A DNA stretch of 39,732 nt from Basidiobolus meristosporus CBS 931.73 (GCA_002104905.1 MCFE01000748.1:1-39732); one strand, 5' to 3'; positions 1 to 13,002 are shown, numbered from the stretch's first letter. The notes: generated by a model from the sequence alone, not told the origin. Made by a program: numbers and translations.

Positions 1-12
1 TGGTGCAAGGGG

Positions 13-339
13 TCAGCGATAGGGAGGGGGCTCGGTGGGCTTCTTCCGTTTGGGGGAGGCGGGTTTCTCCTCCGGGGTGGGGCTGGTGGTTTCCGGTTCG
101 GTCGATCTCTTGCGTTTCTCGGTGGTCACGCTGGTGAGCTTGGGGACTTTCTCCTCTTGAGTGGGTTCCGGTGCAGCTTTGGTGGTGCTCGAGGTACGTT
201 TGAACATATCTTTGATATCCAGTTGTTTGGTGGTTGCCCCCCATGGTAGTGATGGTGGTGATGGGCCAAATTGGGTCAACACTGGTCCAGGATATCTGCG
301 CCTGGATGGGATGAAGGGTGAGGGATGATTTGTAAACAT
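13..339 (-). CDS. Possible coding segment, P/T/K/E-rich low-complexity peptide with basic clusters; function unknown
   Basis: 108-codon ORF in the only CpG-rich part of the window; KRKR and PKRKK clusters; no recognisable domain. Could be a host exon, part of a young element or non-coding. Confidence 0.2.
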   Translation of the reverse strand: MFTNHPSPFIPSRRRYPGPVLTQFGPSPPSLPWGATTKQLDIKDMFKRTSSTTKAAPEPTQEEKVPKLTSVTTEKRKRSTEPETTSPTPEEKPASPKRKKPTEPPPYR

Positions 340-1018
340 TCATTGTTGTGTACTACCATCCAATTTCTCATTGGGTTTCCCGAATCTGGATGGGATTGGC
401 AAATGCTTGGGATGGTTGATTTTATGCAATATCAACATTATTATCATCTCCCAATGGGACATGAATCATCTTTTCCCATTCCATACGGCCTGGATGAGCT
501 GAAATGGCCGGCGCCTCATCTGCTGTACGCACGATACAAAAGTGTCCCATCTCCCAGTTTCTGGCTACCATCATTCTTCAGAATGGTCGGGTGGGCTTGG
601 ATACTTTTGCCAAAGGCCCATGGAGTGCACACAGCCATTGGATTAGAGGCTAATGATTTATCTATGGACAACAGCAATGCTGAGAATCATCAAACTCCTA
701 AAACCATCAAATGGCTCAAGTTGGTTCAAATTTCCTGTGATATGATACATTGTGGCCTCAGTCCCCTTAGAGCATATATACAGTCATTCCTACTAAGTTC
801 CATCAGAAGTAGCAGTACTTCACTTCAACCCATTTGAGCAATCAGTGCACATTACTACATCATGTAGTTCAAATCAATCTGCAGCAGCCTAATTTTCTAG
901 GAAGTGTTGTTAAAGGTTGAGGTTATTTAGTTGAGTTCAAATATTTGGTAGTCCCTGGAACTGGGTCTATCTATTTCAATGGTTTCCAGGACTTCACACA
1001 CTTTGGAATAGTAGCTAT

Positions 1019-1100
1019 CCCTATGAAAAATAGTGATGATCCCATCAAAACACTGTCACAAATTTGAAGTCCCATGATTAAGAGGTATTGATGTTGCTTA
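1019..1100 (+). mobile_element. CMC/CACTA-family left-end fragment (copy E)
   Basis: Starts CCCTATGAAAAAT and for ~75 bp matches the left ends at 7395 and 28239 (...AAGTCCCATGATTAAGAGGTATTGAT); then cut by the copia LTR at 1101. Confidence 0.8.
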
Positions 1101-1432
1101 TGTTGTAAAAGCTTGTAATTCCACCTAATTATTCAGCTAACTTAGTCACTTAGATCATTACCTTCAAATCCTAGGGAATACTGATCAAATTCCTTGTTGG
1201 GATTTACTTGAAATATTTACCCAGAACATGAAAATTTGGTAAGTTGTCCAAACAGCCCCAGACCTTGCACACATGCTCTTGGGATCTTCCTTAACCTATT
1301 CTATGTGTTTGTAATGCCAAGACCACTTAGAAGTATAAATACTACTTTTACATTCAATAAATCATTAAGTGAAAACCACATAATCTACTTGTTCTCCCAG
1401 TCACTTCCAATATCTCCAAGACTCTTACAACA
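1101..1432 (+). repeat. 5' LTR of copia copy 1 (~332 bp)
   Basis: TGTTGTAAAA...CTTACAACA termini; reverse-complement homolog of 3306-3653 and 13003-13350; directly followed by the PBS. Confidence 0.9.
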
Positions 1433-1445
1433 GGTTATGAGCCCC
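1433..1445 (+). promoter_or_regulatory. Primer-binding site complementary to the anticodon stem-loop of initiator tRNA-Met
   Basis: GGTTATGAGCCCC immediately after the LTR; complement of GGGCUCAUAACC in fungal/plant-type tRNAiMet, as used by Ty5. Confidence 0.9.
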
Positions 1446-3305
1446 AAGCTTTCACTCTCTGCAATATCTAACACTGCTATTACTGGAACTTTTCCCTCTG
1501 CTGAAAAGTTGCATGGATCTAACTACCAAGTGTGGAAGGTAACAACTAAGATGCTGCTACAGGAAAGAGGCCTTTGGGATATTGTCATGGGAGAATAATG
1601 CCCTTCTAAAAACATGGGAGAGGAAGCCTTAAAGTACCAGAAGAAAGAACAAAGTGCCTTTAACTGCATTTGCCTTAATGTTAAGGACAAATTGCTAATT
1701 CAATGCTCAAGAGCAAAAACAGCAAAGAATGCCTGGAAGGCATTAGAAGACACCCACCAGTCATGCTCAGCTGCTAAGTAAATATATCTGAAACAAAAAA
1801 TTTTTTACTGCAAAGATGCAGTCAGGAGGAAAAATGAAAATCTAATCAATAGAATTGCCCTGCTTGTGAATGAGATGGAATCTGTGGGCATACCAACTAC
1901 TGAGGAGGATGTGATAGTAACCATCCTGAGTAGCCTGACAGACAAGTTTCAGGGCCTTGAATGAGCCCTAAAGTCCAGAACTGAAGATTTGACCTTGAAT
2001 TATGTATATGGAAGGCTCCAGGATGAAGAATTAAGAAAGTCAAGTGCCAATCAGAAGGAAGAAGAAAATGCTTCAATAAGCAATGATAACCAACACAGAA
2101 GATACCAAAGACCTTTTAAAGGCAATACCAACCTGTTTTGCAACTACTGCAAAAGGAAAGGACACACATCAGACGGGTGTATCAAAAAGAGAGATAATCA
2201 GCAAAAGGAACCTGAATATGGAAATGCTACAACAACCAAAGATAGGCTATTCATATCTGCACTAAATGTGACCACAAACAAGGATTCTCAGATGTGGTAT
2301 ACTGACTCTGGAGCATCTCAACACTGTACACACCAAAAAGAACTTTTCACCCAATTTCAAGAAATTTCAATCAAGAAGGTTTTCATTGGTGACAATAGAA
2401 CACTTGATACATTGGGAGAAGGAACTATCCAAGTAAACCTAAGAAGCAGTGATGGAAGCCATACACTGAACTTTAAAGAAGTACTCTATGTACCAGAAAG
2501 AGCCAAGTACCTACTATCTGTAAGCAAGGCCACTGCAGAAGGACTCAGTTTCAGCTTTGACAATTCTGGATGCTGGATCACTGATCTAAATTGTGCCCAT
2601 ATTGCTTTGGGTATCAGATATCAGAATCTATACAAGCTGACTTATATTCCATCATATCTGGAAGACAAGATGAGTAACTCAAATGAAGAAACACTAATGT
2701 GTTGGCACACGAGATTTGGACACATCAATATTGATTATTTGCGCAAAATGATCAGAGATCAGCTAATTTCCAGAGAAAAATTGATCCCTCAGCTAATTTG
2801 AAGCACTGTGAAGCCTGTATATATGGGAAACAAGCCAAAAAACTGTTCAGGAACTCTGGGTTAATCAAAACTAAGAAAAAATTAGATCTAATTAACTCAG
2901 ATTTGTGTGGCCCTATGCAAAATTTATCCTGAGGCAAGATGAAGTATATAATTACTTTTATTAATGATCATACAAGATACATGTGGATCAATGTCATGGA
3001 GAGAAAAGAAGAAGCTCAGTCTAAGTTCAGGGAGTTTAAAGCCATGGTGGAGAGAGAAACTGGTGAAAAAATCAAGAAAATACACTCTGACAATGGTGGA
3101 GAATATACCTCAAAACTCTTTATCTGCTTCTGCTAAACTCATGTGATAAAGCAAGAGACTACTATACCATATTCACCAGAGCAAAATGAAGTAGCAGAAT
3201 GCGCTTACAGATCAAGAATTGATATAGCAAGATCTATGATCCATGATCATAAATTATCATATGATTTTGGGCAGAATCATTTGCCACAGCTGAATACCTT
3301 TAAAA
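1437..3305 (+). pseudogene. Copia gag-protease-integrase (N-terminal part), disrupted
   Basis: NYQVWK..LLQERGLWDIV (copia Gag N-terminus), CNYCKRKGHTSDGC zinc knuckle, WYTDSGASQH protease, WHTRFGHIN pre-integrase motif, IHSDNGGEY integrase core; several stops and frameshifts. Confidence 0.9.
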
Positions 3306-3653
3306 TGTTGTAAGAGTCTTGGAGATGTTGGAAATGATTGGGAGAACAAGTAGATTATGTGGTTTTCACTGAATGATTTATCAAATGTAAGAGTAGTATT
3401 TATACTTTTCCATGGTCTTGACATAACAAACATGTAGAATAGGGTAAGAAAAGTCCCAAGAACATATGTGCAAAGTTTGGGGCTGTTTGCACAACTTTGA
3501 GAATTTTCATGTTCTGGGTAACTGGTTTTTGGTGAAAATATTCTAAGTAGATCCCAACATGGAATTTGGTCAGTATTCTCTAGGATCAGAAGGTAATGAT
3601 CTAAGTGACTAAGTTAGGTGAGTATTTAGGTGGAATTGCAAATTTTTACAACA
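3306..3653 (-). repeat. 3' LTR of copia copy 2
   Basis: TG...CA termini; preceded on the minus strand by purine-rich GATTGGGAG (PPT, 3654-3662); about 46 differences from the partner LTR by eye. Confidence 0.92.
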
Positions 3654-3690
3654 CTCCCAATCAGCTAAATTTCATACTGACTGGTCCTAA

Positions 3691-6600
3691 TTATGACCTA
3701 AGATATTCAAACTTGTCTCTAGCTAATGGTTTGGTAAATATGTCTGCAATCATTTCATTTAAAGAACTGTAAACTAAGCTAACTAGGTTATTTTCTATAG
3801 CTTCATTTATGATATGATGTCCAATATCTATGTGCTTAGTTCTAGCATGAAGAGTTGGATTTCTACCTAATTGTATACATCCTTGATTATCTTGAAATAA
3901 AGTAATAGATATGTTTGACATAGGCCTCAATTTGTAAAAGCTTTCTTTGTCACATTTCTTTTTTTTGTAGCTTCACAGGCTGCCATACACTCTGCCTTTG
4001 TGGTAGAAAGTGCTTTGGTTGGTTGCTTTCTTTAATTCCATGAAATTGATCCTTTACAGTTGAGAAAGGTGTATATGGTGGTGAATCTACTGTCTTCCAA
4101 ATTTTGTCCCCAATCAGCATCAGAGTATCCCAGATAATCCTGTTTTGAATCCCAATAAGAGTATCTTAAGTGGATTTTTAGATACCTAAAGGGAACTCCT
4201 GATATCTGCTTAACTGCTGCAATATGATCAGATCCTTATTTATGATTATGTTGGCTGACAACTCCCACTAAATTTGAGATGTCTGGATGTGCTCCAAGTA
4301 TGATATACAACAGACAGCTGACCATAGATTGATAAGCAAAGTCAGGGCTTTCAGATGGCACCAAGCTCTCTTGATATGGTGGAGTTTTGACCAAGTTAAA
4401 GGTTGTCTCCATTTGGGTAGCTGCTAGTTTACAGTCTTCCATTTGATACTTGCTTAGTATATCTTGTATATACTTGGATTGGCTCAGGGTGATAGTCTGG
4501 GTACTTCTGTCTGTGAAGAACCTAATCCCAAAGTAGTGACTGAGCTCTCCTAGATTGGACATCTTGAACTCCTAAGATAGGCTGGATTTAGTCTCTTCCA
4601 ATGTTGCTAGGTTATTGGCAGATATAATAAGTTCATCCACATATAGAGCTAATAGAACTGGATTAGCTCTATTTGGCTTATAATATATACTATAGTCAGC
4701 ATTGCTCCTTTTGAAACTGAAAGATTCCGAAAAAGAATTTATCTTGCAATACCAGGCTCTTAGTGATTGTTTGAGACCATATAGAGACTTTTTGAGCTTG
4801 CAGATCAAGTAGGGGCTATTTTGGTCAACAAACCCATCAAGCTGGTCCTTATACATGTCCTCATCAAGTTCTCCATTAAAAAACTGCAGTTTTTATACCC
4901 ATTTGATGAATAAAAAGCTTTTATTTGGCTACAATAGCCATTATTAATCTGATGCAATTAAACTTGGCTATCAGTGCAGAGGTCTCAGTATAGTCAAGTC
5001 CTTTTGTTTGAGAGTATTCTTTGGCCACAAGTCTTTCATTGTATCTTTCAATTGTACCATCAGCCTTGTATTATGTCTTGAAGATCTATCTACATTCATT
5101 TAATTTTCGGTTGATTGGTAATTTGACTAAGTCCCAAGTTTAATTTCCTATCAGGGCCTGATATTCCTCAGTCATTGCAGTTCTCCAAAACTTTGTCTGG
5201 GGGTATTTAGGGCCTCTTTTACAGTCTGTGGCTCATCAATATGGACTGAATAGGCATAGGCTAAGTTAGTACCCTCATTGATATAGTAATTTGGGCTATT
5301 TCTTGTCCAATTGGATCTCTGGGCATTTAATTCTGGAATGATCACTTCTGGGATATTATTGGGCACTGCTTCAGGCTGAACAATGGTGGCAGAGTCCTCT
5401 GGAGTGATAAAAATCTCATTGTTTTGCTCTGATTCAATCCTGACAATTGGTGGACTTGAGATCAGATTTTTGTCATCATCTGATATCTTTTTTTGTGAAA
5501 ATTTTGAATTTTCATCAAACAACACATCCATGGACTTGATTAGCTTCTTTGCTTTGGTATTGTAGAGTCTGTATGCTTTACACTCATTGCAGTAGCCCAA
5601 AAATATGCATTTTACACTTTTTGGCTCAAATTTTGACTAACTTCTGGGCAGTATCTTGGCATATGCTGTACACCCAAATATTCTTAGATATTCTGCACTT
5701 AGTCTGTATCCATACCATGCTTCAAACAGAGTAGAATCACAAAGTATTCTGTTATAACTTCTATTTTTAAGGTATACAGCTGTTTCAACTGATTCCACCC
5801 AAAAATCATATGACAAATTCTGATCATGGATCATAGTTCTTGCCATGTCAATTTTTGATCTGTTTGAATGTTCTGCTACTCAGTTTTGCTGTGGTGAGTA
5901 TTATACAGTAGTCTCTTGCTTTGTCCCATGAATTTTGCAGAAGTGGATAAAGAGTTTTGAGGTATATTCTCCATCATTTTCAGAACATATTTTCCTGTTT
6001 TTTTCACCAGTTTCTCTCTCCACCATGGCTTTAAACACCCTGCACTTAGACAGAGCTTCCTCCTTTCTCTCCATGAAGTAGACCCACATGTATCTTGTTT
6101 GATCATTAATAAAGGTAACTAATTACTTCATCCTGCCTAAGGATAAATTTTGCATCAGTCCACACAGATCTTAGTGAATAAGATCTAATTTTTTCTTAGT
6201 TTTGATTAACCCAGAGCTCTTGACCAGTTTTCTGGCTTGTTTCCCATATATGCAGGCTTCAAAGTCCTCCAAATTAGCTGGGGTATCAATTTTTACTCCA
6301 GAAACTAGCTGATCTTTGATCATTTTGCACAAATAATCAATATTGATGTGTCCAAATCTCCTGTGCCAAAGCATTGGTGTTTCTTCATTTAAGTTACTTA
6401 TATTGGCTTCCAGATGTGATGGAATATAAGTCAGCTTGTATAGATTCTGATCTCTGATACCCAAAGTAATATGGGCACCATTTTGATCAGTGATCCTGCA
6501 TCTAGAACTGTCAAAGCTGGAACTGAGTCCTTCTGCTGTGGCCTTGCTTACAGATAGTAGGTTCTTTGCTATTTCTGGCACATAGAGTACATCTTTAAAG

Positions 6601-7394
6601 CTCAGTGTATGGCTTCCATCACTGCTTCTTAGGTTTACTTGGATAGCTCCTTCTCCTACTGCATCAAGTGTTCTATTTTCACCCATGAAAACCTTTTTAA
6701 TTGGAATTTCTTGGTATTGGGTAAAAAGTTCTTTTTGGTGTGTAAAGTGTTGAGATGCTCCAGGGTCAATGTACCACATCTGAGAATCCTTAATTGTGGT
6801 CATATTTAGTGCAGATATGAATAGTCTATCTTCAGTTGTTGCAGCATTTCCATATTCAGGCTTCTTCTGCTGACTGTCTCTCTTTTTGAAGCACTGGTCT
6901 GATGTGTGTTCTTTCCTTTTGCAGTAGTTACAAAGCAAGTTGCTATTGCTTTTAAAAGGTCTTGGGTGTCTTCTTTGCTGGTTATCATTACTTATTAAAG
7001 CATTTTCTTTTTCCTTTGAATTGGCAATTGATTTTTTTGATTCTTCTTCCAGGAGCCTTCCATTTATGTAATTTAAGGTCAAATCTTCAGTCCTGGACTC
7101 TAGGGCTGATTCAAGGCCCAGAAACATGTCTATCAGGCTACTTGGGATGGTTACTATCACATCCTCCTTAGTAGTTGGTAAGCCCACAGATTCCATCTCA
7201 TCTACCAGCTTTTTTCTGTTAATTAGATTTTTCATTTCTTCTCCTGGCAGCATCTTTGTAGTAAGACATTTTTGTCTCAGATACTATTCTTAGCAGCTAA
7301 AAATGACTGGTAGGTGTCTTCTAATGCCTTCCAGGCATTCTTTGCTGTTTTTGCTCTTGAGCATCCAATTAGCTGTTTGTCTTTAACATTAATT
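3691..7394 (-). pseudogene. Copia gag(3' part)-protease-integrase-RT-RNase H of copy 2, disrupted
   Basis: CNYCKRKEHTSDQC, WYIDPGASQH, WHRRFGHIN, ENDGEY, LRIFGCTAY, KSLYGLKQ, LYVDELII, DNQGCIQL..NP..HARTKHIDI, MIADIFTKPL; fragmented across frames. Confidence 0.92.
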
Positions 7395-7725
7395 CCCTAG
7401 GAAAAATTATTGATACAATCCCATCAAAAGGCCATCACAAAGTTAAAGTCCCGTAACTAAGAGGTACTGATCCCAGCAGGACACTGTGCAGACACTGTTG
7501 AAAAATAATTGCACCCCAGATTTCACAAAATACTTAGTCAAAATATTTCATCACAACAATGTACAAATGGCTTTTGATTGGTTCCCTGCCAATTTGCTCA
7601 CTTTCTGATCCCTGACACTCTATTACCTCATATGTTTGTATGCATTGATTAGCTATTGCCTCTTTTTCACACTCCTTACTTCCTGACTCAACCATTTCTC
7701 TTACTTTTCATGCATGCAAATTGAT

Positions 7726-9410
7726 TTATTTCCATTGAAACTTCAGTTGTACCTCAATTGCCAATTGTATTGACCTACACAAGTCCCTATACCCTACACT
7801 AACATTAAGCCCAACCCCACACTTGACAAGTAATTCCATTGAAATCCACCAATCAATAAGTATTTCTGCTGTAACACTCCGGTTCCACAACTTTGGTGGG
7901 AACCCAACAGCTTTATGCCACTGTTCATTCACTGGTTCCCACACATCCTGTTCTTCTGCTAGCATTGCAAGGTCTAACTCCTCATCTGCCAGTCTTTGCA
8001 ATAAATCCTGGCAATATTCCAGTGCATTTTCTTGAGCACTGCTCTTGAAGAAGTGCTGCAACCTCTTGGTGTTCATATTAATGTTCCAAAATTCCACTGA
8101 AGGCATTGTGATAGTGTTTCAAGTGCTTGATGTAGTAGCCTTGTCTGTCAGTGGGATCTCCACTCTGACAACAATGGAAAATGAGGAGGCTGTGGTAAAC
8201 AAATTGCCTTTTTCTGCAAACTCATCTACCTTGCTGGAGTGTGGCTCAACTGGCTGCACTTCCAACTCTTGTGAAAACAGCTGTTTTCTTGTTAGTAATT
8301 CTTGTTGGCTATGATGAGACTCAATCTGTTACAGGCTTGCAGCGTTAATTGACAACAACTGCAGCTCTTTTGCATGCCTCCCTGTCTCAAGCTTGATTAG
8401 ACATTTTTCCCTTTACCTTTTCCTTTATCACTGTCTGGTCTTTCACTGCTACTTTGTCTGAGTGCTTCTTGAGTGGTACTATGCTTTTTGCTTGATAAAT
8501 GTTGTGCTGGTGCATCCATGTCTGCCTGCTTGTCCCTAAATGGCACTCTTCCAGCTACCTGATGTCTCTTTGACACTTGTTTAGAGCTTTTGGCCCTGCT
8601 TATAACAGGCTCTTGAGAAAGCCACTGGCTTTTAGCCATGGCACCCTTGTTCTTCTGCATTTGGTAGTTTCTGCTATTCTTAAGATACTTTCTTAGCATA
8701 CCAATGCTGGCACTAAATCTGTTTGCCCATTTGAATCCCCAATAATGCTCATGGAACAGGTCATGTGCATTCTGCTTGGCCTTGAGTTCCTGATAGTCAC
8801 ATGGTATGCCAGCCTTTAGGTGATGGCATGCTAGACTTCTGATGGCCTCTTGAATATTTGCCCACTCTTCATTATTGCACTCAACAGCTTCACAGATCTT
8901 CAATGTTATCTGATTCTTAGGCTTTGGTAGAAACACCACATTGTCTCCCTCCAATGTTGTGATGGGTTTTTCTGTGGGCATTATCTTTGGGCACTGTCAT
9001 TGTGCTTCAAAGACTGTACAGTGTTCCTCTGCTGTTACATTAGAAAATGGCTCAATTCTTGGCTGTGACTTTGAGCTACTTGAGTTTCTTCTTTGCACCA
9101 AAGATACTGCCTTCTTGACCTGGGATATTGTTTGCTCTACATGTATTATCCACTCATCCTGCTTCTGGACTATTTCATGATTACTCTGGGCCATTGCATC
9201 TATCCTATCAGCCACTGCACCTAATTACTACATTAATACTTTGGTATGAGTTAACAACATACTTGCCAATATGGGTGGTGGTGATGTTATGATGGCCACT
9301 TGCTGGTCTTCAACTGAGGGTACTGTGTTTGCTACATTCTCATCTGCCTGAACATAATGGTCAGCTTGTGGCTCAGCAGGGGTTCTCAATTGCCTACCTG
9401 ACAGAGAGAA
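7726..9410 (-). pseudogene. Accessory gene of CMC copy A (unknown protein, divergent from the transposase)
   Basis: ORF fragments 8997-9215, 8397-8981 and 7726-8106 are colinear with homologous fragments in copies B and C (WANIQEAIRSLACHHL; FFKSSAQENALEYCQDLLQRLADE..WEPVN..WHKAVGFP.KLWN). No domain recognised. Confidence 0.65.
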
Positions 9411-9601
9411 ATAGTGTTACCTATATGTGTGTATGTGGTGCCACAACTTTATTAAAAATACTTACTATGGCAGGTCATCATTGAATCTTACATTCATGTA
9501 GCTGAAATGTCTCAAATACAAGGCTGTCTTAAGTTCACATGAGTATTGACCAAAAAGTGATATAATAGCATTAAGTTGCTGAAGGTCAAACTGTTTGTCC
9601 C

Positions 9602-12530
9602 ATGGACAGGATTACTTTGACTCAATGCTGTAAGAGAAGAGAAAAAGGACCATGTGGCTATTGTTGCCAGCCTCTCAGCCATGAAGCATGCAGAGAGCAG
9701 AGGAGGTATTACAAGGATCATGGCCTGTGTTTGCCACACAAGTCATATTTGACCATTCTTTAGCCACTACTGTACCAACATTATCTTGCTGGCCAGTTGA
9801 TACTTCTATATTGGCACCTGGCTGTCTTTGTCACCTTGTGCAAACTGAGTCAGGTGAGTTTGTGATGCCTTTAGGCTCACCACAGCCTTCAGAATATGGC
9901 ATGCAGAGTGATAGCTCTGACAAAGAAGGTTCCTTGATGGATTTTGATCCTATCTCCCCTAACAACAGTACCACATATGAGCCTGTTCTGATTCCTATAT
10001 GCAATGAGACAACACCCATTGAAACAAATGCCAAGGATACTTTATGGAGCCAAGTGAGCCCAGTAATCCATCTACCAGTGAATGATGTGATATTGTGGCT
10101 AGAGAAGTGGTTTGTTTCCACTAATATCAGTAATGGGGGCTTTGAGGATTTATTACTACTTCTTGGCAAAACCATACCAGGATGCAACCCACCATGTACA
10201 TAGTACAAGTGGGCAACCATCATGTGGCTGGCAACATATGACCTAGAGACTGTCCTGATTCCAGCATGTATTAAGAGTTGCATGGCATTCACATCCAAAA
10301 ATGCTACCATTGAAATGTGTCCAAATTGTCAGGAATCCACCACCATTGAGGGAAAACATTGCTCACATTCCAGATATATTCCAGTCATACCCCATCTAAG
10401 GAAGCTGATGCAGTTCAACAAATATTGCAAAGCTGTACAGTACTGCACTCAGTATCAATCAAGCTCAAACATATCCAATATATTCAATGGTAAACATTAC
10501 AAACAGCAAAGAAGCAAGGGCTACCTTGAAGGTATGTATGACCATGCATTTGCCTTAGCACTTGATGGATTCTTTTTAAGCAAGTACATTGCCAGCAAAT
10601 CCTGCTGGCCACTGGTTCTCATCAATCTGAATCTGCTGCCCATTTTACGGGATCAGAGCAATAATCTGATAGAAGTCTCACTGATATCTCAGCCTAAATC
10701 ACCATCCAACCTGGATGGCTACCTGTATCCATTGCTGGATGAATTTTGGATGCTTTCCAGTGGGATATCAGTAAGTGGGCATCATGTAAAAGCTCATGTT
10801 ATTATTGCATTGGATATACCCCAGCCATCAGCAAGATAGCAGATCTTTCCGGGCACAATGGATGGTATTGCTGTTGAATGTGTGAGATCCAAGGGATTTA
10901 CTCCATAACTCACACACATTATTATTACCCAAACACCAGCACTAAGAACATCATCTTTCCGCAGAAAGAACACACAGAAGTCAGCAGGCAATTGCAGCAA
11001 AGTTGGCAAGCTATAAGCCATTGGCCTGAACATGGAATTAATTGGAAACCAGAGATACTTAAGAAAGAGGGTATCTGTTGGAGCAAAAGCTTTCCACTAG
11101 TACCAATGCATTTGCTTTTCAACATCCTTATCCTGATGACCAAGCTTTACACAGGGTATTTCAAGCTAAATGAGGCCTTCAAAATACCGGAGAAATTTGA
11201 AAGAATTGGCAAGATATTACAGAATATCTGCTATCCTAAGTACTTCCCATGGGCTCCAATTAATATTCATATGTATATGCAACAATACAAATGCAAAGAC
11301 TGGATGAATTGGATATGTATTTCTTCAAGTGGCATTCTGAAGCCATTCCTACAAAGAGTACATTGGAGGCATGGGGAGTCATATGACAACTTTGTGAGAT
11401 ATTTATCCAGAAGCATATCACCAATGCCAAATTGACGCATTTACAGCTGCTGTGTAAGGAGTTTGTGACTGGATTTGAGTGGCTATACTACAAATATAGA
11501 GCTGAACATGTAGATCTCTGCTGCTACTGTATCAATTCTCTACCACATCTTGCATGGTGAGTGGAGAATATTGGGCCTTGCTTCACCTTTTGGGAGTTTC
11601 CTATGGAGTGGATGTGTGGGGAGATAGGAAGACAAGTCAAGTTGCAGGTACTACCATATCCCAATTTCATCAAGAATATTACCTTCAAGTCTATCATGGA
11701 TGTAGTGAGTTTGGAGGACAGCCAGGAAAAGTTGGAAAATACTGAGGACAAATGTGCACATGGAGGCATCTATGGCTATGGCATTAAGAAGCTAAGCAGC
11801 CCCAATGTGTGGGTAATCAGTTAAGGAATGCAAAGTTGGGTTGGGTGAAACAAGCAACTAATTTTTGTTAGGAAAACTCTACAAAGGTATGCTAAATTTC
11901 TATTGGTCACAAGCCAGCTTCTACCCCATTCAAAACAGAATTCACACAAGCAAAAGCCAGAGTGTACCTACAACAGGGACTAGAATCCAGTAGAGAGAAG
12001 GAATATGCTGGCTAAGTACCAAGAAGCTCTTTGCGGATATTTGGGAGGTATTTAGGGCAGAAGTGGCAACAACCAAGCATATGTTTGCAAGATGTATATG
12101 TTACCAGCAGTACAAGGTATATGGCAACTTTGCAAGTATGACACTAAAAAGCCATAAAGCTGAGGTGATAGAGGTATATCAATTGCAGCAGGTGTGCATG
12201 TTTGTAGAGGTTAGTAAGCAGGGGGCCATAGTTTTTTCTAGTTCAAACTATATGTGGAATACCCAAGGTAGCAGTGGGTAAACAAATAAAGAGGGGTGAT
12301 TCTACAGTGGAATATATGAATTGAACAAGGGGAGGTAGAAAAAGGAAATACCATTTGGTAAATTGGTACAGTAGCATTATACAGAACCAGCTGTAGGCCA
12401 TTATACTGCCAATCCAATGTCATCAGAGTCATGCTGCAAGGCTGTCAAAATACTGTCATGTTTCTTGCTATAAAAGGCAATTAAATGTCCTGGCTGGTTA
12501 GATCCACTTCAAATAGCTGTTGAGCGCTAA
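9602..12530 (+). pseudogene. En/Spm(CACTA)-type DDE transposase, Transposase_21-like, disrupted
   Basis: CPNC..RYIP, IFNGKHY, ALALDGF..SCWPL..INLNL.P, PKSPSNLDGYLYPLLDEF, LVPMHLLF, WEFPMEWMCGEI motifs in En/Spm Tnp2 order; many stops and frameshifts. ATG inferred from alignment with copy B. Confidence 0.88.
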
Positions 12531-12759
12531 AAGACTGCAATAATACCAAGCAATTATTGTCACAGCACCAATAAAATCTTGTTAAGATTTATCCCTTTAT
12601 TTGGTTGTAAAATTAGCAAAACACCATTGTGATCCTGCCATAGGATTGTTAAGAGGGTCACTAACTCCAGGCTGCTGGTATTATGATGGTCTCTTAATTG
12701 GATTCTGATGGCTGATCTGGATCTGAGCCACCTGCAAGACCAAATTATTTTTCATAGGG

Positions 12760-12998
12760 TTAAGTAAATGCAGTTGAAGGCACTTTGTTCTTTCTTTTGG
12801 TACTTTAAGGCTTCCTCTCCCATGTTTTTAGGAGGGCATTCTTCTCCCATGACAATATCCCAAAGGCCTCTTTCTTGCAGCAACATCTTCATCTTCACCT
12901 TCCACACTTGGTAGTTAATCATCCAACTTTTCAGCAGAGGGAAAAATTCCAGCAATAGCAGTAGTAGACATTGCAGGGAGCAACAGCTTGGGGCTCAT
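12760..12998 (-). pseudogene. 5' part of copia copy 2 gag
   Basis: NYQVWKVKMKMLLQERGLWDIV...AFNCIY, ending at the right terminus of CMC copy A and continuing at 7394. Confidence 0.9.
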
Positions 12999-13002
12999 AA
13001 CC
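12990..13002 (-). promoter_or_regulatory. Primer-binding site of copia copy 2 (tRNAiMet anticodon-loop type)
   Basis: GGGGCTCATAACC on the plus strand, abutting the LTR at 13003. Confidence 0.9.

Larger units (their letters stand above)
7395..12759 (+). mobile_element. CMC/CACTA-type DNA transposon, copy A (5,365 bp, both ends present)
   Basis: Left end CCCTAGGAAAAATT, right end ATTTTTCATAGGG; the copia gag reads across the insertion; TSD ambiguous (TTAAtt left, TTAA right). Confidence 0.9.

Noticed and set aside
325-837. 170-aa ORF as a host gene
   Set aside because: No recognisable motif, composition typical of a chance ORF, and no supporting gene structure.
1433-1445. tRNA-Met gene fragments at the GGGCTCATAACC matches
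   Set aside because: Only 12-13 nt match, always abutting an LTR; these are primer-binding sites with no cloverleaf or A/B boxes.
7389-7394. A definite TSD length for CMC copy A
   Set aside because: The flanks (TTAATT left, TTAA right) fit either a 2-bp TT duplication or a 4-bp TTAA with two extra bases, so only copy B is used as evidence for 4 bp.
9831-10310. Antisense ORFs over transposase and pol regions (also 26579-26887, 36078-36392, 37305-37610, 29190-29504)
   Set aside because: They are shadow frames of transposon genes on the other strand; their similarity to each other only reflects the repeated elements.
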